From Proteromonas lacertae (lineage: Eukaryota), in contig NGBS01000621.1 in NCBI GenBank assembly GCA_002245135.1, forward strand, positions 44,513 through 64,512: a stretch of DNA of 20,000 nucleotides, read 5' to 3'. This document shows positions 10,301 to 20,000 of this stretch, in pieces. The notes below the pieces were generated by a model. The model was not told the origin of the DNA. It was given only the letters and a program-made list of their open reading frames with translations, and searched no databases. Position numbers and translations under genes: made by a program. Each line of letters begins with the position of its first letter. Positions within the stretch are counted from its first letter, which is position 1.

Positions 10301-13300
10301 AAGATGAAATGAAAAACATATTCAAAGATTTAAGTGATTTGAATAAGAAAGTTCATGAGTTAGAACAAAGACCATTCACTGAAAGTACATTACAAAAGCC
10401 AATGAGATATGAAGGAGATGAAAGTGCATTACCACAGGATGTAGATGAAATTAGAGAACAGATTAAACGATTAAATCAACAATTAGCTGATAAAGAAGAT
10501 GTATCATTGGATAAACTAAGAGATAAACTTCACAGTCTGAATGAAGATGCTGAACAATTGGAAAATGAATTATCTAAAAAGAAAGAGTATTTAATGGAAT
10601 TAGAATCAAATCCATCAACAACACCTGAACAAGTAAAGTCAATTGAAGATGATATCAAAAGAATGGAAGAGAACTTAGATAAAATAAGAGAAGGATTAAG
10701 AAATGAAGAAACTAAAATACACGAATTAGAAGTTCAAGGAGAACCAACCAATGATGAAGAAGAAAATAAACATAAAAACAAGCAAAAAGAGATATTTGAA
10801 GAATTACAAGGAATTAAAGGTGATATTCAAAATACTAACAATGATTTAGATAAACTCAACAAATCTTTACATCAATTAGAAGATGTTAGTCATTTGAATG
10901 CATTAGTTGATTCACATGAACAAACTGGTTCGATGTTGCATGATGATTTGACTCATTTAGATGATTTCTTTAATGATTTAGAGGAAGAAGATTTCTTAGA
11001 TAGATGTAAATTATATAAAGATGAAGAGAGTATTAATCCTGAATGTCCCAAAGAAGAGCAGTTATGTTAATGCTGCTAAGAAATTAGATGAAGAATTAGG
11101 AAAGAAACAGGAAGAATTGAGTGAATTAAAGAAAGAAATAAGTGAATTAGAAATCAATAATACTCCAAAATCAAGTGAGGAAATTAATAAGATGAAGAAT
11201 AAAGCCAAAAATCTTGAAAGTGAATTAGCTGATTTATATAGAAAAGGAGATGAATTGAAGAAAGCATTAGATTTGATTAAGAATGAAATGTTCAACAAAA
11301 TGGAAAAGAAATTACCAAAAGATGAAGAAAATCTATCAGATTTAGAAAAAGAGAATGATCAACACTTTGAGAAAGTAACTGAATTGAAATATAATGAATT
11401 TAGCTAATCCTGATTTAATACCAATTTGTGAAAGGATTATTAAAGGTGATGCTGATAAGATTAATGAGTTGAGTTCTGAATTAGCTTCATTAAAAGGTCA
11501 ATTAGAAACAATTAAGAATGACATTGACAATTCCTCACCTGAAACTATAAAGAATTTGGATAATAGCATTAAAGAGTTTGAGAACAAAATGGATGAATTG
11601 AAAACTGAAGAGAAGAATATCAATGACACATTGCGTGATATTGATGAAGTGATAAAACAAAAGAATAGTTTAAGTGATTTAAATAAAATGGGAAATATTT
11701 GTCAGAACAAATTGAATCAATTGAAAGAATAAAGTTGATAGATTAGTTCCAGTATTACCCAGAAGAGGATCAAGAGAAGAAGAAGAAGAAAAAGAAGAAG
11801 GAGAAGAAGGAGAAGAAATTGATGAAGAAAAGAAACAGTTACAATTGTTACAATCAAGCATTAATGATACTCAAAACAGTCTTGATGAAATATGTAATGA
11901 ATTACAAGAAGAAAAAAATCATTTGGATGAAATTAAAGAAGAAGAAACAGATAAATGTCATGAGGAGATTAAAAATAGCAAAGAGAATCAAAAGAAAATC
12001 GAAGATGAAATAGAGAAGGTTCAATCTGATTTACAATCAATTCAAGATGATTTGATGAATTTATTGGCAATTGCAGCAACAACAATCAGAGAATAAGTTA
12101 GAAGGGAAGAATGATGATATGTTACAACTAAGTGAAAAAATGAATAAATTAGAACAAGAATTGAATAATTCAAAATCACAATTGAATGATGAACAGATTA
12201 ATAACGATGCATTGAAAGAAGAAATTGCAAATTTGGAGAAACAAATTGAAGAATCTAAACAGCTATTAGAGAATGAAAATTATGGAAGTGCTTGGTAGTA
12301 TAGAAGCTAATTCGTTAGAACAATTATTAAGTGATAGAATTAGAGTATTAAAATCTGATGTAACAAGAATAAGAAATCTATATAATAAGGTTAATGAGGA
12401 TTTACAAACTTATAAGTTTGATAAGAAATTATCAAACAAACCAGAGGTTGTGAAGTTAGAATCTACATTATTCAATGTTAATGAATCATTAAATCAATGT
12501 TCTGATGAAATAAAAGAAGAAGATAGTATTCTAAGTGAATATGAAACACAATCTGAAGTTGATATAAGTAAATTGTTGGATTTACACCCCAAACTATTGA
12601 AAACTGAAAAGAAACTTAAAAATTCTGAAGATCAATTGGTAGCTGATTCTTATTTGGCTAATTACAGTGATTTAGTTAAAGCAAGAGAAGAAATACAATC
12701 AATTGAAAATGTACAACAAGATCAAGGACAAAAATTAGAAGAGAAAGAGAAAGAATTACAATCTGCTACAGATGAATTGAATCAAAAGGTTCAACAATTA
12801 CAAGCATTAGAAGATCAACTAAAAGAAACTGAAAAAGAATTACAGAATGAAAAAGATAAGAATTTAGAAAAAGAACTGAAACAGATTAGAGAATGATCTT
12901 GAGAATGCTAAAAGAACAATTGTCATTACAACAAGCTAGATATGATGGTTTGAATTTATCCACATTAGAACAACAGTTTGAAGGAGTTGAAAGAAGAAGC
13001 AATACAATTAAATAAAGAGTTAAAGAAAAGAAAATTTGAATTAAAAGCTATTCAAGATGAAAAGACTGGAAAGAATGATAATGATTTAGTTGTTGATAAT
13101 AAATTAGATGAAATATCACAGAAACTAGATGAAACAAAGAATGGATTATATGAAGCTGAAGAATCTTTTGTTGAATTTCGTAATGAAATCAGTAATTTAG
13201 AAAGTGAAGAAAAAGAAAGCAGAAGAAAGGAAATAAAAGAGAAGTTAGATATTCTTGGTTTTGCATTAAGAAATGATAAAGAAAAAGTAAGTGATTTATC

Positions 13301-16300
13301 ATATGCTTTAAAGTGGTTGAAAGATGCTAATAGTCTAGACGAACAGATTAAAGTGAATGAAGCTACATTGAATGAATTATTGAAGGAAACACATGATTTA
13401 CAAGATAGTTTCAATTATCTTGATGAAACTGATTATTTAGATGAATATAAATTGGCTGAAACAATTGATCCTAAAAAACCAAAGAAATCAAGTTATGTAA
13501 ATGCTACCAAATGAATTAGTAGAGAAATTGGAAGAACAACAAAATGAAATGAAAGAACTTAAAGAGAATTTGGATAATTCAAATATTGAACAATTTGAAG
13601 AAGCAAGTCGTAATGTTACTATTTATACCTTAAAGACAGAAGAAATTAAGAAAGATTTAGGTGAATCAAAGAAAGAAACTAAAAACTTAAATCGTTCATT
13701 AAAAGCTATTAAGAGTGATATATATGCTCGTGTATATGGTAAAGTCAAACCTGGATTAAGTGATTTAAAACAATTAGAATCACAGAATAAGAAGAATAAA
13801 GATACTTTAGATGAATTGAGTTATAATCCATACAGTAAAGATGATTATAGAAAGAATATTGAAGATAGAATGTTGCACAATAGTGATGCTGTTAAAAGAC
13901 AAACTAAGAGTTATAATATGATTGATTCATCCTTAAATGAAATTAAACCTCAAGTACAATCAACTCCAGTTGAAAGATTGAAGGAATTAGAAAATCAAGT
14001 GAATAAATTAGATGAAGATTACAATAGAATTAAAGAAGAAAATGATATATTAACTGATTCTATCCAAACTAATAGTAAATTGATTGATCAGAGACAAAGT
14101 GCTTATGATCTTGAAACAACTGCTAATTTATGTAAAGGACAAATTGATGATTTAGGTGATAAGAGTAGAAGAGATTAAGAAAGTCACCAAATTGTACTGA
14201 AAAGAAACTTATTCCTTTACAGAAGAAACTAAGTGAATTAGATAAAGAAATAGAAAAAATAAACGAAGATATTCAAGGTGAAATATCTAAAGTTAATAAT
14301 GTTGATGATAGTGATACAGAAAAGTGTAAAAATGTTATTGTTGCTAGTAAAGACAATCAAAAACAAATAAGTGAAGAAATTGCAAGATTAAAAGAAAAAT
14401 GTTCAAATCTAAGAAATGATTTACTTCAAGTTGAATTAGATCCAACCAAGATATTAGAGGAATTGGAGAATGTAAAGAATGATAATAAATCATTGAATAA
14501 TGATGTTGAGATGTTGAATCATGAGATTTCAAAGTTACAAAATGAGTTAGCTCAAGAAAAAGAAAAACTTAAACAAAAGACAAGAGATAGTAATAACTTG
14601 GAAGAAAAAGAAAAGTCTGTAGAAAGTGCTTTAACAGAATCAAAAGAACAAATCGAAGAGTTGAAAGAAGATAATAATGATTTAGAGAAGCAGATAGAAG
14701 AATTAAACAAAGCATTAGAAAGTGTAAAAGAAGGTGAAAACAATTCTCAATATGGTTTATTAAATGAATATTTAGATGATGAATTAAAGATGTTAGAAGA
14801 AGATTATAAACGTATCAATGGAATTGCTGATCATTGTAATGAAAATTTAATCAAATTAAAGAAGAATGAAGAATTAAAGAAGAAGAAATATATAAAGAAT
14901 TTAGAAAAGAGTTTGAAAGAAGTTCGACCTGAATTAAGTAAATGTAATGATGAGATAAAAGAAGAGCGTGATATGTTAAATGAATTTGAAAGTAATCCTG
15001 ATACAAGTAGTCAATTATTAGATGATTTACATCAAAAGATGAAAACAACTGAGAGTAAACTACGAGATTGTGAAAGTAAATTATTAAAGAATGATGGTGA
15101 TAGTATTGATGGTTTATGTAAGAGTGTGATAGATAATCAAAATGAATTAAATAAAGCTGAAGAATTATTAAAGAATCAAAATGATAAAATCGATAATTTA
15201 GAAAGTAAGATGATGAATAATGAAGACTATATTGGTGATGAATCAATCGTTCGAGCCGAAGTATTGGGAATTTGTGAGTTAAATGATTTAGGTGATGAAA
15301 GTTTATTAATGGATAATGAAATGGGTAATTTAGAAAGTAGTCCTGAGATGATGAAAGATAAAGTTGATGATTTAGAGAATCGTGAAATGCATAACAAAAT
15401 AGATGAATTAAAGAAAGAATTGAATAATTTAAAGAAATACAGTAAAGAAGATAAACGAGAACTAGAAAAGAAGAATAAAAACCAGATAGGTGAAGATGAC
15501 AATGATATAAAACTGAAGAAAGATTTAGATGAAATTGATAATAATTTGAAAGATATTGGTGAAGAAATAGAAAAGTGTGAAAAAGCGATTAATAAACTTG
15601 AAGAGAATCAAAAAGACTTAGCTGAATTTGAAAAAGCTAATGATCGAAAAGAGATTCATGATGATTTAAAATCGATAGAAGAAAAGTTGAATGAAAACGA
15701 TAATAAACTCGATAAATTAGAGAATAAGATGAAATGTTACGAAGATATAAGATGTTTGAATGATATGTTAAAAGATAATGAGAATAATTTGAATGATATA
15801 AATGAAAATGTGAAAAAGATAGGTGATGATTTTAAAGACTTGAATGAAGATGATTATTTGAAAGAGAGTAAACTATGTGAAGAAAGTGAAGTGATAGATC
15901 CAAAGAAGAACAGTTATATAAATAGTTTGAACGAATTAAAAGAGAAGAGTGTTGAAAGTGAGAATGATCTGAATGAAACAAAGAAAGAATTAGATGAGAT
16001 AAAAGTAGATGATGATGAAGAAGAAAAAGATATTGAAGAAATGAAAGAAAAATTATTCGAGTTAGGAAATAAAGAAATCGATTTAAGTGTAAAATTCGAG
16101 AAACTAAAGAATAATTCAAATGAATTAAAGAATGATTTAAATGATATAAAAGATGTAAAAATGAAATTAATCGAAGAGAAAGAAAAGAATGTAGAAGAAG
16201 ATTTAAGTGAATTAAAGAAAGAAAATGAAAAATTACATAATCGACTAAAGAAATGTGATAAAGATTTGTTAAAGAATAAAGAAGTGATTGATAAATTAGA

Positions 16301-19300
16301 TAAGCGATTAGAAGATATGAAATGTGAATTGGATGAGAATGAATTAGAAAATTTCGATATTGAGACAAGTAAAATAATTCCAATGAAAGAAGATCTGGAG
16401 AATGTGAGAGTGAATGAAATAAAAGAATTAGAACATAATGTAGATGAGATGAATGAAAAATTAGAGAAGTTGAAGAATGAAAAAGACGAAATAGAAGAAA
16501 AGTTGAAAGTATTAGAAGATATGAATGATTTAAAAGAAAGTATTGATGATTTAAATAAAGATGTTGAGTTATGTAAAAGATTAGATGATCGAGTTCATAA
16601 CAAATTGAACAATGTAAAAGAGAATGAAAGTATGTCTAAAGAAAAGATGGATGAAATAGAAGAAGAATTAAAAGATATAGAAAATGAATTATACAGTAAA
16701 GAAAAAGAGATATTAAATGAGAATGAAAAATTATTAAATGTCGATGAAAATGCAGAAGATATAGAAGATAAATTGAAAGAAATAAAAGATGATATATTAA
16801 GAGAGAAGAAAGAAGTTGAAGAATTGAAGAGTCGATTAGAAAAGTTATGTGATGAAATGGGACTGAGTAAAGATATAAGTGGTGATAATAGTAATATATT
16901 TGATGCTGAATTATTAAAAGAAATCGATGATTTAAAGATGAATGATTTAGAAAGTCGATATAAAGACTTAAAGAAAAAGAATGATAAATTAGAGAATGAA
17001 TTAAGTAAATTAAAGAAGAATATAAATAAATTGAATGAAGATAAGATAGGTAAAGACGATAATAGTAATGATATGGATAATAAGTTAAGTGAATTAGAAA
17101 ATGAATTAAATGAAAATGACAATAAATTGAATGAAATCAATAATGAAATAAACGATTTAAAGAATAATAAAGATGATTTAAGTGTAAATGAAAAGAGTGA
17201 AAGTCGAAGTAAGATAAAGAAAGAGTTGAATGAAATGAAAGATCGATTAGATGAAGATGAAAAGAGTTTAGACGATTTAGAAGATAATTTAAAGAATTTG
17301 AAAGATATAAATACATTGAATGATCGATTAAAGACTCATGAAGATGATTTATGTAAATTGAGTGATGATTTAAACAAAATTCAGAACGAATTGAGTGAAT
17401 TAGAAGAGAAAGATGTGAATGATGAATGTAAGATAATTCCAAAAGAAGAATTAGATAAACTCGAGAATAAAGAAATGAATGAAGAAAGTCCTAAAAAGAT
17501 AGTTATATAAACAGTTCGAAATATCTAAATGAAAAGTTAAAAGAAAAAGAAGATAAGATGAAAGAAATTAGTGATGAATTGAATAAATTAGATGTGATAA
17601 ATGAGAATGAAGATGATTCAATGAATGAGAAACTAAAAGATTATAATGACAAAATCCAAGAATTAGAAAAAGAAATAAAAGAGTTGAAAAATGATACAAA
17701 TAAATTAAATAAGAATGTAGATACAATGAAAGATGAATTATATAACAAGATGAAGAGTGAAAGTGATAATGGTGAAGATAAATTATGTGACTTAAAGAAA
17801 GAAAATGAAAAGTTAGATAATCGTTTAAGTAAATTATTGATAGATGATGCAAACAATAAAGATTTAATTCCTGAATTAGATCATATGTTAAATGAAGATA
17901 AAAAGTAATATAGAGGAAAGTAAGAATAAATTAAGTGAATTTTCTGGAAAGTTGAAAGCCGTAAATCCAAAGAAGAATGAAGTATCTGTTGAGAAATTAA
18001 AGAATTTAGAAAAAGAATATGATGATCTTGAGAAAGAGATGAATGATTTAAATGATAATGAAAAATATGTAAAAGATCGCTTAGATAATATCGAGAATGT
18101 AAAAGAGAATAAAGAAAAATTAGAAAACTTAAAGAAAGAATATCAAGATAATAATAACAAGATAAATGATTTACATAAGAAGATGGAAATATTAAAGATC
18201 GATTTAAATGATGATCCTTCAAGTGAATTAGTATTAGAGAAATGTGAGAATGAATTAGAAGAGATGGAAGAAGTAGTTCCTTCAATTGAAGAAAAGATAG
18301 ATGAAGAGACAAAACGATTAGAGAATATAGATGAAAATGAGATAGAAAAATGCGAAAGTGAATTAGAAGAAAGTAATAAAAACGAGAAAGAAATCGAGAA
18401 TAAATTAGATGAAATGAAAAATAATCTAAATAGTTTAGAAGATATATTGAATAATTTAGGAAAGAAGAGTGGTGAAAATGCCAATAAGAAATATATCGAG
18501 AAACTAGAGAATCAACTAGAAGAACAAGAAAAAGAATATGATGATTATAAACTAAAAGACTTAGAACGAAAATATGCTGAATTAAAATCTGAATGTAAAG
18601 CATTAGAAAGATCGTTAGAGAATTACAAAGATGATGTAAATGATTTAGAAAGTGAGAGTATAGGAAAGAATGACATAAATCTCGCAATTCATAACAAGTT
18701 AGATACAATGCAACAAAGTCTAGAAGAAGAGAAATCTAGTTTAAATCGATGTAATGATTTAATAACCGATTATAAAGACAATAAGAATGATTTAAATCAT
18801 GATGAAAAAGATGAAAGATATAATGAAATAAACGATGAATTAGGTGAGACAAGTATAAGATTAATGAATGATCGAGATCAATTAAATGAATTAAAGAAAT
18901 CAATAAAATGTTTGAAAGATGCCACAAGTTTGGATGAAAAGATGCGTGGAAATGAAGATACAATAAAAGAGATAAAGAAAGAATTAGACAATTTAAATAA
19001 AGAATTTGATGATTTAGAAGAGAGTGATTTCTTAGATGAATGTAAGATAGGTAAAATCGAAGATGATGAAAATCCAAAGAAGAGTAGTTATATAAATGGT
19101 GTAAATGAACTAGATAAAAAGATGGATGAAAAAGCTAAAGAAATCAATGATTTAAAGAAAGAAATAAACGATTTAAATCTAAAAGAAGAAAGTGAGACAA
19201 GTCAAAAATTGAAGAATCTGAGTTTTAAAGAACATGATTTAGAAAAAGAAATAAAAGATTTAAAAGATGATTATAAAGATTTAAACCATTCTTTGTCAGT

Positions 19301-20000
19301 AATAAAAGGTGATATTTGTAGTACGTTAAAATCTAAATTACCAAAAGATGAAGATCGTTTTAGAAGATTTGAGTAAAGAAAACAAGAAATTGGAAGAAGA
19401 ATTACGAAGTCAAAACTATAGTAATCCCAACAACGAAGAAATAATGAAGATTAGTAATGATGATATATTTAGAAAGTAAGAAGAATATTGGAGAAGCTAA
19501 TAATGAATTAAATCGATTGAATGGTAGTATAAAATCTGTGAAGAATGATTTAGATAATACATCTAGTGAAAAGTTGAAGAATCTAAAATCTTGTTTAGAA
19601 GTATTAGAAGATTCCTTGAATAACTAGAAGATAATGAAAAAGAGTTGAAAAGATCGATTAGATAATTTAGAAGAGATGATAAAATTGAAAGAAGGAATGA
19701 ATGAGTTAAAGAGTGAAGCTAATGAATGTAAAGAAAAGAGTAAAAGATTAGATGAAGAGATGAACAAATTACGAAATGACTTAGATTCAAATCCCAATAT
19801 AAATGAAGAAAAGCTAAATGAGATAGAAGATCGATTAAAGAAGATTGAGAATGAAAAATTACCTGAGGTAGATAGTAAAATGGAAAATGATGAAAAAGAG
19901 TTGAATGAAATAGATGAGATGAATAATGAAAAATGTCGTTTAGAGATAATAAAGATGAAAGATGATGAGAAAGAATTGAATGATGAATTGAATGAAATAA
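7314..20000 (+). CDS. Giant alpha-helical/coiled-coil repeat protein, >4200 aa, apparently intronless, interrupted by about 23 single-base indels, 3' end beyond window
   Basis: Consecutive + strand ORFs share E/K/N/D/L-rich heptad composition and join into one stop-free frame after 1-nt corrections. Internal repeat homology (PKKSSY motif) continues across the breaks. Confidence 0.85.
8199..8648 (+). repeat. Coding tandem repeat, three near-identical units of 138/150/138 nt plus a partial fourth
   Basis: EIAKLKEELKNSQEEAEKAKDELQQSIDNETAKEIPNEEEMNRLKE (46 aa), a 50-aa variant, then the 46-aa unit again; starts at 8199, 8337, 8487 and 8625. Confidence 0.95.
10870..20000 (+). repeat. Large degenerate protein-level repeats marked by L(E/N/D)E.D(F/Y)LDECK...PKKSSY(I/V)N
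   Basis: PKK(S/N)SY motif at 11047, 13479, 15900, 17490 and 19074; spacings 2432, 2421, 1590 and 1584 nt. Confidence 0.85.
11775..11832 (+). repeat. GAA/GGA-rich low-complexity tract encoding EEEEEKEEGEEGEEIDEEK
   Basis: gaagaagaagaagaaaaagaagaaggagaagaaggagaagaaattgatgaagaa read directly from the sequence. Confidence 0.85.

Noticed and set aside
11819..12013. Lys-rich 64-aa plus-strand ORF
   Set aside because: Alternative-frame reading of the giant gene.
8522..19077. Many minus-strand ORFs rich in S/F/L/I/H
   Set aside because: Antisense shadows of the GAA/AAA/GAT/AAT-rich sense codons; no independent protein features.
7314..20000. Cluster of separate coiled-coil genes, or a decayed pseudogene
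   Set aside because: The fragments join with 1-nt corrections, repeat homology spans the breaks, there are no spacers, and there are no in-frame nonsense substitutions as decay would produce.
1..20000. Stop-codon reassignment (ciliate-type code)
   Set aside because: Every internal stop is explained by an intron or a frame change; the 1015-aa ORF and the spliced 1151-aa gene contain no in-frame TAA/TAG/TGA.
7314..20000. Assignment as myosin, SMC or viral A-type inclusion protein
   Set aside because: No motor or Walker motifs seen; such similarity would be compositional only.

Overview
Very AT-rich eukaryotic (protist-like) nuclear DNA in the standard genetic code, with three tightly packed genes. 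(1) Minus strand, 2729 to <1, open at the window edge: a receptor that, after removing four tiny introns and three 1-nt indels, reads signal peptide - dCache-like sensor - Ig/MSP-like domain - Cys-rich linker - class C-like 7TM - RGS domain. (2) Minus strand, 6821..2840: a FANCD2-like gene with 15 GTAT...TAG introns of 27-42 nt that splices into one 1151-aa frame and keeps the lysine aligning with the monoubiquitination site. (3) Plus strand, 7314 to >20000: one giant, apparently intronless E/K/N/D/L-rich helical protein (>4200 aa, open-ended) with nested repeats. About 23 single-base indels split it into many ORFs; 20 need a +1 shift, and all can be placed in homopolymers, so they are most likely long-read errors. 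Intergenic spacers share CG-containing motifs (ATAACGA, TATAGTCGTTTCAT). Domain calls are from motif recognition by eye, not database searches. The intron style is compatible with a Blastocystis/Proteromonas-type stramenopile, but that is inference only.
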